Under the pieces are notes generated by a model that had not been told where the DNA came from, searched no databases, and saw only the letters and a list, made by a program, of their open reading frames with translations. Positions 30,646-40,418 of a stretch of 64,000 bases of DNA are shown here, one piece after another. Source of the DNA: Bacteroidales bacterium (GTDB lineage Bacteria; Bacteroidota; Bacteroidia; Bacteroidales; UBA932); contig JAFUVU010000016.1 of the NCBI GenBank assembly GCA_017477465.1, forward strand, positions 8,035-72,034, read 5' to 3'. Position numbers and translations under genes: made by a program. Numbering within the stretch: position 1 is the stretch's first letter; every line of letters begins with the position of its first letter.

Positions 30646-31233
30646 ATGGCCGAATTCAATCTGGACCGCATAAAAAAGGGTGACCTTACGGCATTCCGTC
30701 CCTTTTTCGAGCATTACACAATAATGCTCCGCCGCTTCGCCTTGAAGTACGTCCAGGACGAAGACTGCGCCAAAGACATAGTGCAGGATGTGCTCATACG
30801 CTTCTGGGAAAGGCGCTCCCGCTTCTCCAACATGTATTCGGCCACAAGTTTTCTGTTCATCAGCACCAAAAACGCCCTTCTGGACGAACTCCGCCACAGA
30901 AAAGTGGTAACCGAATCCCAGCGTAAAATCCTCCTTCAGCTGGGCACCGACAAAGACGAGCTCCAGCAGGACTACATCCGCCTGTACGAAGCCGACACCG
31001 TCCGTTCAGTGTACCAAAGGCTGGAAAACGAAATCAGCCAGCTCCCCGAACGCACGCGCGAGGTGGTACGCCTCCAACTGGCGGGATACAAAAACTCCGA
31101 GATTGCCAACCTCCTGGACATCGGCAAGGAGAGCGTGAAAACCCTCAAGCGTTACGGGCTGGAGAAGCTTCGCACCTCAATGGGCGACCTTGGCGAAATC
31201 TGGCGTTCCAACAACAGCGACTTCACCTCATAA
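30646..31233 (+). CDS. ECF RNA polymerase sigma factor (alternative start 30625)
   Basis: Region 2 AKDIVQDVLIRFWE...KNALLDELR; region 4 LPERTREV...EIANLLDI..SVK; divergent from fecR. Confidence 0.93.
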   Translation: MAEFNLDRIKKGDLTAFRPFFEHYTIMLRRFALKYVQDEDCAKDIVQDVLIRFWERRSRFSNMYSATSFLFISTKNALLDELRHRKVVTESQRKILLQLGTDKDELQQDYIRLYEADTVRSVYQRLENEISQLPERTREVVRLQLAGYKNSEIANLLDIGKESVKTLKRYGLEKLRTSMGDLGEIWRSNNSDFTS

Positions 31234-31242
31234 GCCGCTCCC

Positions 31243-31275
31243 TTTTCCCCCACCCCTGCCTCTGCGACGTTTATA
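31243..31275 (+). promoter_or_regulatory. Putative ECF promoter TTTTCCCC-N17-CGTTTATA for the epimerase operon
   Basis: Conserved bipartite motif 25 nt before ATG 31301. Confidence 0.8.
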
Positions 31276-31300
31276 AATAAAGTATAAACCACATTGTCGT

Positions 31301-32461
31301 ATGCCTACTACATTCAACAGAAGAGATTTTCTCAAGACTTCGGCCGCCTTGGCGGCTCTTTCCGCCGTGCCTGCTTTAGGTACAGCTTGCAACTCAGCCT
31401 CCAAGCGCGCTTTCGCTCCCATCGGCAAAGGCGGAAAAATCACAATGAAATTCCGTCCTTATGAGAACGAGCTGGCACACACCTTCACAATCTCCGGCTA
31501 TTCCAGGGATGTCACCAAGACTATTCAGATAGAGCTAAGCTACGAAGGCGTCACCGGCTATGGCGAGGCTGCGCTCCCTCCATATATGATAGGGCAGAAT
31601 TTGGAAACCGCCACAGCCTTCCTGAACAAAGTGGACCTTTCCCGCTTCGACGACCCCTTCATGACAGACGACATCCTGGATTATGTCGATAGCATAGAAG
31701 AAGGCATGAGCTGCCCCAAATGTGGCATTGACATCGCCCTGCACGATCTTATCGGCCGCCTTTCCGGACTTCCTCTATGGCGCATGTGGGGCTACAATCC
31801 CGCCAACACGCCCTGCACGTCCTTCACCATCGGCATGGATACCAAGGAAATGATTATCCAGAAGACCCTGGAGGCCGCTCCTTACAAGATTCTAAAGGCA
31901 AAGCTCGGCTCTACGGAGGAAAACGACAAAATGATAATCTCCACCATCCGCGAAGTCACCGACAAGCCCATCGTCATCGACGCCAACCAGGGATGGAAAG
32001 ACAAATACTACGCCCTTGACATGATCAACTGGCTGTACGAAAAGGGAGTCAAGATGATCGAGCAGCCCATGCCCAAAACCGTTTACGACGACATGGCCTG
32101 GGTCACCGAGAACAGCCCCCTCCCCACCTACGGCGACGAATCCTGCCAGCGCCTGAGCGACGTAACCAAACTCCACGGCGTGTTCAACGGTATCAACATC
32201 AAGCTCATCAAGTGCACCGGCCTGCGCGAGGCCAACAAGATGATCACCACCGCCCGGGCACTAGGGATGAACGTGATGATAGGCTGCACCACCGAAACAT
32301 CCTGCGCCTGCAGCGCCGCAGCCCAGATTTCCCCGAAAGTGGATTTTGCCGATATCGACGGCAACCTCCTGATTACCAACGACTGCTTCACGGGCATGAA
32401 GATTGTTGACGGCAAGATAACACTTAACGACCTGCCGGGTATCGGCGTTACTAAATTATGA
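31301..32461 (+). CDS. Dipeptide epimerase (L-Ala-D/L-Glu epimerase family, enolase superfamily) with Tat signal
   Basis: RRDFLK Tat motif; KxK (KAKLG), DANQG, EQP, DES, NIKL and DIDG. Confidence 0.9.
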   Translation: MPTTFNRRDFLKTSAALAALSAVPALGTACNSASKRAFAPIGKGGKITMKFRPYENELAHTFTISGYSRDVTKTIQIELSYEGVTGYGEAALPPYMIGQNLETATAFLNKVDLSRFDDPFMTDDILDYVDSIEEGMSCPKCGIDIALHDLIGRLSGLPLWRMWGYNPANTPCTSFTIGMDTKEMIIQKTLEAAPYKILKAKLGSTEENDKMIISTIREVTDKPIVIDANQGWKDKYYALDMINWLYEKGVKMIEQPMPKTVYDDMAWVTENSPLPTYGDESCQRLSDVTKLHGVFNGINIKLIKCTGLREANKMITTARALGMNVMIGCTTETSCACSAAAQISPKVDFADIDGNLLITNDCFTGMKIVDGKITLNDLPGIGVTKL

Positions 32462-33597
32462 GACTGATTAAATGTCTGGCGGGAGCACTGCTCCTGGGTT
32501 TTGCGCTGACGGCATGCCAGCCGGAAAAGAAGGCGGAAAACCGCAGTAAAACCAAATACATATATCCCGGAGAGACCTGGAGCAAAGCAGCTCCGGAGAA
32601 GCATGGATTCGACTCCTCAAAACTGCCGGACCTGGATCAGCTTGCAAAAGACTCAAAGGCCACTGCCCTTGCAGTTGTAGCCGGCGGTGAAATGATCTGG
32701 GAATGGGGGCATACCGAAGAATACACCACCTACATAGCCTCCTGCCGAAAGAGCATCCTCATATCGATGTACGGCAAATACATCGACAGCGGCCTCATAA
32801 AGCGCCGGGCCACCCTTGCCGATCTTGGCATAGACGACATCGGCGGCCTTTACGAATTGGAGAAATCGGCCAAGGTTGAGGATATACTTGCCTGCCGCTC
32901 AGGTGTTTACCACGAGCCGTCCAACGGTGGCGACGATGAGACAAAACCGAAGAGGAACACTGTTACCCCGGGCACTCATTACTGCTATAACAACTGGGAT
33001 TTCAACGTAGCAGGCTTTATCCTGGAACAGGCAACGGGAAAAACCGTTTACCAGCTTATGGACGAGAACCTGGCAAAACCCATGCAGTTCCAGGACTGGC
33101 ATCTGGAGCGGCAGAAATACGGCGGCGACACCAAGATTTCCTATTACAAGGCGTATCACATGTATATCTCCACCCGTGATTTCGCCCGCTTCGGCTACCT
33201 CATGCTCCGCAAAGGCAATTGGAACGGTACGCAGCTGATAAAGGAAAGCTGGGTGAAGGAAATCACCACCACCAACTCCACCCTTGAAGAAGTAAGCGGC
33301 AAAAACGGCGACTTCAGCTACGGCTACATGTGGTGGCTCTTCGACGACAATGGCGGCAGGGTTCGCTCCAACCCGCTCTATCACGGCGGCTATCTGGCCC
33401 GCGGTTCAGGCGGCAAGTACCTCGCTGTCCTTCCCGCCGCAAATCTTGTTATTGCCTACAAGAACGCCGACAACAAGGGCGAAATCTCCGGCATGTACAA
33501 AGTTATCGATGCCTTCCTGAACGCATACGACACAGGTTACAAGGAAGGCGACTACGACGACCCCGAAAATGAGAACCAAGATGAAACTTTTGACTAG
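32458..33597 (+). CDS. Serine hydrolase, beta-lactamase class C-like fold, lipoprotein
   Basis: ASCRKS (SxxK), YNN, YGYMWW; lipobox LTAC. Confidence 0.85.
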   Translation: MRLIKCLAGALLLGFALTACQPEKKAENRSKTKYIYPGETWSKAAPEKHGFDSSKLPDLDQLAKDSKATALAVVAGGEMIWEWGHTEEYTTYIASCRKSILISMYGKYIDSGLIKRRATLADLGIDDIGGLYELEKSAKVEDILACRSGVYHEPSNGGDDETKPKRNTVTPGTHYCYNNWDFNVAGFILEQATGKTVYQLMDENLAKPMQFQDWHLERQKYGGDTKISYYKAYHMYISTRDFARFGYLMLRKGNWNGTQLIKESWVKEITTTNSTLEEVSGKNGDFSYGYMWWLFDDNGGRVRSNPLYHGGYLARGSGGKYLAVLPAANLVIAYKNADNKGEISGMYKVIDAFLNAYDTGYKEGDYDDPENENQDETFD

Positions 33598-34696
33598 AAC
33601 TCTGACTCTGCTGGCGGCAATGCTGATGCTTATCCCGGCAAATGCCGCTAAAAAGGGCAAGAAAAACGCTCCTGCCATCTATCCCACCAAGGAAGCCGGC
33701 TGGAGCGTAGCCGCACCCGAAAAATACGGCTTCGACTCCGAAAAGCTCAAAGACGTAGAAAAATTCATCATCAACAAGACCAACGCCACAGGCGTAGAGG
33801 TAATAGTCGGCGGTGAAGAGATTTTCCGTTACGGCGCAGTTGACCGCCTAAGCTACATAGCTTCCTGCCGAAAGAGCATCCTGGCCATGCTCTACGGCAA
33901 ATATGTAGAGAATGGCACCATCAACCTGAAGGAAACGATCGAAGACCTTGGCATAGACGACCTGCAAGGTCTGCTGCCGATAGAGAAGAAAGCCACGGTC
34001 TATGACCTCATCACCGCCCGTTCAGGCGTTTTTCACCCTGCATCCAACGGCGGTGACGACACGGAACACAAGCCCACCAGAGGCACCAAAAAGCCCGGCA
34101 ACTTCTTCCTTTACAATAACTGGGACTTCAACGTAGCCGGCACAGTCTTCGAAATGAAGACCGGCAAAAACATCTACGACGCCCTGGGCGAGGACATCGC
34201 CATCCCCATCGGCATGCAGGACTGGAACTGCGAAGCCCAGAGAAAGGGCGGCAACAGCAAGATTTCCAAGCATCCCGCCTACCACTTCTATTTCTCGACG
34301 CGTGACATGGCCCGCCTGGGCTACCTGATGTTGCGCCACGGAAAATGGGGCGACGAGCAGGTTATCTCCGAGGACTGGGTAAAGAAAATGGTCACTCCGG
34401 TATCATCGGCAAAGGAAGTGAGTCACGGCAAGGAAGACGGCCGATACAGCTACGGCTACATGTGGTGGCTGTACGACCCGGGCTGCTCCCAGTTCACCTG
34501 GGAATACGAAGGCGCATACGGAGCCCATGGAGCCATGGGGCAGTATATCAAAGTGTTCCCCGCCCTGGACATGGTGATAGCAATCAAAACCGACAGCGTT
34601 TACGGGCGGCGGACCAGCGGCAGCTCGCAAGACAAGCTCATCGACATGATAATCCGCTGCTATGACAAGAAAATCCTAAAAAAGAACAAGAAATGA
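33581..34696 (+). CDS. Serine hydrolase paralog 2
   Basis: ASCRKS, YNNWDF, YGYMWW, HGAMGQ; signal peptide. Confidence 0.85.
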   Translation: MKLLTRTLTLLAAMLMLIPANAAKKGKKNAPAIYPTKEAGWSVAAPEKYGFDSEKLKDVEKFIINKTNATGVEVIVGGEEIFRYGAVDRLSYIASCRKSILAMLYGKYVENGTINLKETIEDLGIDDLQGLLPIEKKATVYDLITARSGVFHPASNGGDDTEHKPTRGTKKPGNFFLYNNWDFNVAGTVFEMKTGKNIYDALGEDIAIPIGMQDWNCEAQRKGGNSKISKHPAYHFYFSTRDMARLGYLMLRHGKWGDEQVISEDWVKKMVTPVSSAKEVSHGKEDGRYSYGYMWWLYDPGCSQFTWEYEGAYGAHGAMGQYIKVFPALDMVIAIKTDSVYGRRTSGSSQDKLIDMIIRCYDKKILKKNKK

Positions 34697-35754
34697 GAAA
34701 GCTTCTATTCGCTGCAATCGGCCTTCTCCTGTGCCTTGGTGCAGGCGCGCAGGAGCGTCGGATATGGCCGGTGGAAGACTGGCAGAAAGCCAATCCCGAA
34801 AAATATGGTTTCAGCTCAGACAAGCTTGAGAATGTGCTGAGGCCGTTCATCATCAACAAGACAAAAGGTACCGGCGTACTCATTATCGCAGGCGGAGAAA
34901 GGATTTTCGCCCAAGGCGCCCTGGACCGCCTCAGCTATATCGCATCCTGCCGAAAGAGCATCCTTTCCATGATGTACGGCAAATACGTGGAGGACGGCAC
35001 CATCGACCTCTCCCTAACCATGGAGCAGCTGGGCATCGACGATATCGGCGGTCTTCTGCCGATTGAGAAACAAGCCACGATCCTGGACCTTATCACCGCT
35101 CGTTCAGGCGTTTATCACCCCGCATCCAACTCCGGAGACAATGCCAACAAGCCCGAGCGCGGCACCAAGAAACCCGGCGAGTACTTCATCTACAACAACT
35201 GGGATTTCAACGTGGCGGGAGCTGTGTTTGAGCAGCTTACCGGGAAGAATATCTATGACGCCTTCTGGGAGGATATCGGCAGCCGTATCGGCATGCAGGA
35301 CTGGAACCGCGAAGTGCACGTAAAAGGCGGAGACCTCACCATCTCGCAGTATCCCTCCTACCACTTCCACTTCTCCACGCGCGACATGGCCCGCCTCGGC
35401 TACCTCATGCTCCGCGACGGTCTCTGGGGCGAAGAGAATCCCATCATCTCCAAGTCCTGGCACGACCGCATAATCTCCGAAGCCTCCACCTGGGAAGAAG
35501 TGAACACCTCCAACAACAAAGAAGGCCGATACAGCTACGGCTACATGTGGTGGCTCTTTGACGACAAGTGCAAGCTCAACTCTCCCCTCCTTCACGGCGC
35601 ATACACCGCCTGGGGCGCCATGGGACAGTATATCACAGTAATCCCGGCGCTGGACATGGTCATTGCCTTCAAGACCGACCGCATCTACGGACGCAAGACC
35701 CGTCCGGAACAATATCTGCAATTCCTGGACGTCCTGCTCTCCTGCAGGCTATAA
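34693..35754 (+). CDS. Serine hydrolase paralog 3
   Basis: ASCRKS, YNNWDF, YGYMWW, WGAMGQ; signal peptide. Confidence 0.85.
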   Translation: MRKLLFAAIGLLLCLGAGAQERRIWPVEDWQKANPEKYGFSSDKLENVLRPFIINKTKGTGVLIIAGGERIFAQGALDRLSYIASCRKSILSMMYGKYVEDGTIDLSLTMEQLGIDDIGGLLPIEKQATILDLITARSGVYHPASNSGDNANKPERGTKKPGEYFIYNNWDFNVAGAVFEQLTGKNIYDAFWEDIGSRIGMQDWNREVHVKGGDLTISQYPSYHFHFSTRDMARLGYLMLRDGLWGEENPIISKSWHDRIISEASTWEEVNTSNNKEGRYSYGYMWWLFDDKCKLNSPLLHGAYTAWGAMGQYITVIPALDMVIAFKTDRIYGRKTRPEQYLQFLDVLLSCRL

Positions 35755-35825
35755 CATTGCAGGTTAAACACAGTGTCTGCTGCCGATACAGGTCCACGTG
35801 GCTGTACCCGTATAAGCACTACAAC

Positions 35826-35861
35826 AATGGGCTAACTCGCTCGAGTCAGCCCATTATTTTT
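35826..35861 (+). terminator. Intrinsic terminator after the serine hydrolase operon
   Basis: AATGGGCT.ACTCG..CGAGT.AGCCCATT followed by ATTTTT. Confidence 0.7.
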
Positions 35862-35878
35862 GCATTTATGTCCTACTG

Positions 35879-36050
35879 AAATAATGCTGTGAATACCCTC
35901 CCGGGGGACTCCACTGCGCTTCGCTCCGTTCCGGCCCCTCCCATTGCCTCCGGCGTCCCCGCTTCGCGGGAACTTGTATTCAACGGGCCCCTCCCCCTGC
36001 CCTTGTGCGGGGGTGCACAAGCCCCCGGGAGGGTATTCACAACATTATTT
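35879..36050. repeat. ~170-bp MITE/REP-like element with 29-bp terminal inverted repeats
   Basis: AAATAATGCTGTGAATACCCTCCCGGGGG versus the reverse complement of 36022-36050: one mismatch. Confidence 0.8.
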
Positions 36051-38141
36051 AAGTTCCTGGATGCAGCGGACGTTCATTCCCAGGCCGGCAGCCAGGCGGT
36101 TGACATTGTCCGTGCCGCCTCTGGTGCTTGATGTACTGTATTGCATGCGGCTCATATTCGGCTTTGTATCGCTACTTGCGGCAAAGTCTGACTTCCAGAT
36201 ATAACCCATGGAGTTATCATTTCCGGCATAGGTGTTCATAAGTCCGGTACCGTTGGCCATGCAACCTTGCCTTGGAACCCATGTTTTGTTGGTTCCGTCG
36301 TATGTGATCAGGTGACCTTGCTTTGTGACATTCCCACTGCACGTTTTAAATGCATTGAACATGTCGTTAGGACACACCATCCAACCCGGAGGGCAGGGAT
36401 CGTAAATGGTCTTTTCGGGCGTGGAAGGAGCTGTAACATAATTTGAACCTGGCGTATTGCCCCAGAAGTTCCTGACTGTCGCCGCCCTGTGCCAGTTTCC
36501 ATCCGATGTAAGGAATTTATCCGGAGTGGCTGCAATCGCAACCTGAGTGCTGTTCTCAGTTGTTGCGGCAAGAACGTCGGGACGGGTTGCGATTTCATTT
36601 CCGGAAGCATCATATAGCGGAGCAAGAGCGCTGGCACTTGCCGCTGCCGCAGGCAGTTGTGCAGGGCCTACGAACGGATCCTTTCTTCCCCACTGATAAT
36701 ACAGACCAAGGCACTCCTTCTGCAGTTCAGTATCACTTACCTTAACTGAAGAACCGTGCGTAGCCCCCAGATGACGGTCCATCACCTCGTAAGTATTATT
36801 AGGGGTAATATACGTCTGGGGAGCGCCCATGTCGGTGCACCAGATATGCCAGCTCCAGAGAATGGTACCGCTGGCATTCTTCACACACACCAGGGCGTTG
36901 CCTTCCTTGGCATCCGGCTTGGTGAAACTGAGCTTTCCGCCAGAAAGAGCCACATTGCTGATAAGGCCGGGCTTAGTTTGCCAGATAAGCGCTGCAGAAG
37001 CAGGAGAAATACTGGCGCTGGAATGGAAATAAGAAGAAGAACGCAGTCCCTTTTCACCGTTGCCGATTACAGTTGCATCAAGCGTATATTCACCAGGCGT
37101 AGATACAATGTAACAGTTGGCCGTCCCGCCTGCCGACAAATCTATGGCGCCTGTGGAATAAGCCCAGCCGGAAGCATCGGCCGAAGGAATTTTCTCGGTG
37201 AAACGGTTCACGCTGCCGGCGGTAAAGGCATCTATTCCTTCAGGGATGACGCGGGTGTGCGTTACTACCTTCGTTTGGGTCGCATCCTCGTTTTGGAGCG
37301 TATAGATGAATTGCAGGGTCTTTCCGGCTATGTCGGAAGGGTAAACCACCATGTAGGCGTCGTTGCTGCCGCCTGTGGCAAGAGGCGCACCTCCGGCCAG
37401 GTTGACGGTTACTTCATTGGAAGTATCCGACGTGAGGGCGAAAGCGCCGCTATTGGTGTTGAAACTCACATTTCCGGCAAGCGGAGTGCCCGAAGGAGCG
37501 GCCAACTTGACGCTTGTGACGCGCCATCCGCTGAGCCCGCTGTCGGCAGCAAAGATGCGAATCCAAACATAAGCAGTCTTGTGCGAAAGCTCGAAGTTCA
37601 GCGACGGCGAATAGTCCTCCGCAAGGGTGGCAGGAGTAGTGAAGCTTGCCGATCCTGAAGCGAAAGCGCCCGAAAGACCGAGATGATTGCTTACGCTTCC
37701 TCCCAGCTGAGTCTGCAGTGCGGGTATGCTATGCAGCACAGTAGCGCCGCCTTTTCCGGCCGAGTAGGAATAGGGGTAATACAGTTTCACTGAATACTCC
37801 TTACTTGCCTCCAGACCTGTGACGGTGGCCGAAAAATCGGCCAGATTATAGCCGGGACCGCGGTCCGAACCGCTTTGCACAAGCGCGTACCCGTTGTTAT
37901 TATCGGTAATTGTGGCCCCGTCAAAGATATAGACGCCAAGTTTGTCGCCCGATTTCCATAGGAAAGGCACTTTGCCTTCGTCGTCGGGGGTGCCGATGGA
38001 TGTCTTCGTGGGTATTCCGCCCTTCAGGGTGAGCTGCCAGGAAGGCTCGGTCTCCGGCTCAAGGACGTTTTCTTTTTGGCATGCCACTGCTGCCAGCAGT
38101 GCAAGTGCGCAGTAAAAGATTTTCTTTTCCATAATCATCAT
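36045..38141 (-). CDS. Fimbrillin-like lipoprotein (subtype B) with a C-terminal FISUMP/DUF4906-like domain
   Basis: Lipobox AVAC; PTKTSIG...FLWKSGDKLG; TANCYIV, WSWHIW, YQWGRKDPF, YDPCPPGW, VRCIQE. Confidence 0.78.
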   Translation of the reverse strand: MMIMEKKIFYCALALLAAVACQKENVLEPETEPSWQLTLKGGIPTKTSIGTPDDEGKVPFLWKSGDKLGVYIFDGATITDNNNGYALVQSGSDRGPGYNLADFSATVTGLEASKEYSVKLYYPYSYSAGKGGATVLHSIPALQTQLGGSVSNHLGLSGAFASGSASFTTPATLAEDYSPSLNFELSHKTAYVWIRIFAADSGLSGWRVTSVKLAAPSGTPLAGNVSFNTNSGAFALTSDTSNEVTVNLAGGAPLATGGSNDAYMVVYPSDIAGKTLQFIYTLQNEDATQTKVVTHTRVIPEGIDAFTAGSVNRFTEKIPSADASGWAYSTGAIDLSAGGTANCYIVSTPGEYTLDATVIGNGEKGLRSSSYFHSSASISPASAALIWQTKPGLISNVALSGGKLSFTKPDAKEGNALVCVKNASGTILWSWHIWCTDMGAPQTYITPNNTYEVMDRHLGATHGSSVKVSDTELQKECLGLYYQWGRKDPFVGPAQLPAAAASASALAPLYDASGNEIATRPDVLAATTENSTQVAIAATPDKFLTSDGNWHRAATVRNFWGNTPGSNYVTAPSTPEKTIYDPCPPGWMVCPNDMFNAFKTCSGNVTKQGHLITYDGTNKTWVPRQGCMANGTGLMNTYAGNDNSMGYIWKSDFAASSDTKPNMSRMQYSTSSTRGGTDNVNRLAAGLGMNVRCIQELK

Positions 38142-38308
38142 CCAAAGGGTTCAATGTCAATGTTGCCTGCTCCGCCGCCGTAAGAACTGCCGGAGTCAAA
38201 ATCATTCAGATTGCCCCATCCTGCGCTGCCACCGGAGGTTGCAAGCGGAGATTCCGGAGCATAGAGTACCGCTTCCGAAACCGGGCTCGAATATTTGTCT
38301 TTACTCAT
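38138..38308 (-). CDS. Small YxxP-leader peptide, 56 aa: MSKDKYSSPVSEAVLYAPESPLATSGGSAGWGNLNDFDSGSSYGGGAGNIDIEPFG
   Basis: C-terminal part of track ORF 38138..38422 from ATG 38308. Its stop overlaps the next start, and it shares the leader motif. Confidence 0.78.
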   Translation of the reverse strand: MSKDKYSSPVSEAVLYAPESPLATSGGSAGWGNLNDFDSGSSYGGGAGNIDIEPFG

Positions 38309-38321
38309 ATCGTGAAAAGCT

Positions 38322-40412
38322 TTATTCATCATATACACTGCCGCTACCGGCTCCGCCTTCTTCGTTATGTTCGGCCGGGACATTGCCCTCGCCATAGTTA
38401 GCCATCGGCAGGGTGTTTCCAAAGAACAGTTTAATTATGTCCCCGTGCAGGGAATAAGTGGACGGGCCGTTGAAGAAATAGCACAGGGATGCGTTCTTCT
38501 CCGGCACGATGAGGGAATTGGACTTGAAACTCACATTGTTGCCTGTGTGCAGATAGATCCAACCATACTCTTCACCGTCATATCCCACCCAGCCCAGGGT
38601 CCGGTAAGTATTGGGATTTGCCGTGGCTATCTGGGGTGTGAACATCTGGTCGTACATCTCTTTGCTAAGGTCGGCGCCGCGAAGAATCCACTGCAGGAAC
38701 TTGGTGTACTCGTCGGCATTCGTGCGCAGGGAATAGGCAACGTTGCACTTGCCGCCGCTCCAGTTGTTATTGCGGGCGTTGGTGGAATAATTGGTCCCTG
38801 AGAATCCCCAGACGTGCAGCTGGGTGTATTCGGACTGCCACAGATAGTTGGAGTGCGTCATTCCAAGCCGGTCAAAGATGTAATCCTTACTGATGACATC
38901 CATTGTAGAACCTTTTATATGTTCCACTGTCTTTTGCAGCATTGACATACCCACGCCGGAATAATTGAGTTTTTCGCCGGGTTCGAACAGGAATTCGGAA
39001 TTGCTGTAATTGGAATTGTCCAGACCGGAGGTGTGACTCATAATCATCCTGGGCGTCACCAATTTAGCTCTGCGCTGCGTCTCGTCGTCTGAGGCGAACC
39101 AGTCGAGGATGCCCGGGAAGTAATCAACAATCGGAGTGTCGAAGTCTATCTCACCGTCATCGGCCATTTTGCACACAATGTAGCTGAAAGGAACTTTGCT
39201 CACCGAGCAGGCCTGATAGATTGACGCCGGGCTTATGGGATCCGACTGATTCAGATAGGATATTTTTCCGTTGGCCGCATACCAATCATCGTTGCAGATG
39301 GCAAGGGAGATGGTTTTTACATTGTCGGTGTAATTGATCTGCAGGGAAGGAAGGTCGCAGGCCTTTACAATCCACTCAAGCTTCTGCCTGTAATATTCAA
39401 GGTCCACCTGAACTTCTTCCTCGGTCCAGCCGCTTCCTGCCGATGCGGGAATCTGCTCGGAAATCGTGTACAGCTTCCCAGGCGCAAAGAGCGTGGAAGT
39501 TGCCGACAGGCCCCTCTCATGAGTAAGCGTGACAGTGCGCGTTCCGGCAGGATTCTGCAGAGTGTATTCAAACTGCAAAGTCTTTCCTGCGGCCGATGTA
39601 GGGAATATCACCATAAATGCATCTTGAGCCGTTGTTGAGAGCGGATTGCTTTGCACTATATCCAGGCTTACGGCATTACTCAGCGCAGAGTCATCTACTA
39701 GCGTAAACTCCTCGGTATCAGGATTGTACTTAGTATCACCGGCCAGCCATGTCCCATCCGGCGCAATCATGCGGATGCGCTTTATGCTCCATCCGGTATA
39801 ATTGCCGTCAGCGGCAGTGATGCTGAACCACATGTAAGAAGTCTTGTGGACCAGGTCAAAATTGACCTCGGCCGTAAAGGGCTGGTTGCTGCCGGGCGTA
39901 ATCACTTGAGTCTTAGCCACTGCAAAGCCGCCTGACTTGCCTATATGGGCGCTGGATCCGCTGCGCTCCTGCACCTGGTCGGGTGCGACACGGTCCAGAA
40001 CAATGCCACTTTCGTTGCCGCCTCTAAGAAAATATGGGTAGTACAACGATATGTCGTAGGTGCTGTTAACGGAAAGACCTTCCAACGTGGCGCGGAAAAT
40101 ACCGGTATTCTGTCCCTGGCCTTTTCCTTTCACAATGGTTGCCGGAACGTTGCCGCAGGCCTCGACGCCATCCTTGGAAACAAAGAGGCCAAGCCTGTCG
40201 ACGGCAGTCCAGACGAGGGGCATTTTGCTGCCCTCGGGCTGGCCGAAGGCCGTTTTTGTTTCCGGATAGGAATTGCCTTTCAATATTAGTTCAAACGGTG
40301 CGGAAACTTCTTCTGCTACTACTTCCGCCATCTTGTCGGTTTCCAGAGTACTGCAGCCGACTGCAACTATGGCAGCCAGCACTATTGCACTGATTGTTCT
40401 CTTTCTTCTCAT
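38322..40412 (-). CDS. Fimbrillin-like lipoprotein (subtype B) fused to a beta-lactamase-fold serine hydrolase
   Basis: Lipobox AVGC; PETKTAFG..W...DRLGLFV; C-terminal ACSVSK, YSG, HTG. Confidence 0.8.
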   Translation of the reverse strand: MRRKRTISAIVLAAIVAVGCSTLETDKMAEVVAEEVSAPFELILKGNSYPETKTAFGQPEGSKMPLVWTAVDRLGLFVSKDGVEACGNVPATIVKGKGQGQNTGIFRATLEGLSVNSTYDISLYYPYFLRGGNESGIVLDRVAPDQVQERSGSSAHIGKSGGFAVAKTQVITPGSNQPFTAEVNFDLVHKTSYMWFSITAADGNYTGWSIKRIRMIAPDGTWLAGDTKYNPDTEEFTLVDDSALSNAVSLDIVQSNPLSTTAQDAFMVIFPTSAAGKTLQFEYTLQNPAGTRTVTLTHERGLSATSTLFAPGKLYTISEQIPASAGSGWTEEEVQVDLEYYRQKLEWIVKACDLPSLQINYTDNVKTISLAICNDDWYAANGKISYLNQSDPISPASIYQACSVSKVPFSYIVCKMADDGEIDFDTPIVDYFPGILDWFASDDETQRRAKLVTPRMIMSHTSGLDNSNYSNSEFLFEPGEKLNYSGVGMSMLQKTVEHIKGSTMDVISKDYIFDRLGMTHSNYLWQSEYTQLHVWGFSGTNYSTNARNNNWSGGKCNVAYSLRTNADEYTKFLQWILRGADLSKEMYDQMFTPQIATANPNTYRTLGWVGYDGEEYGWIYLHTGNNVSFKSNSLIVPEKNASLCYFFNGPSTYSLHGDIIKLFFGNTLPMANYGEGNVPAEHNEEGGAGSGSVYDE

Positions 40413-40418
40413 AGCCGC

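Noticed and set aside
32458-35754. Beta-lactamase resistance array
   Set aside because: The SxxK fold alone is insufficient, the KTG triad is absent, and the context is catabolic.
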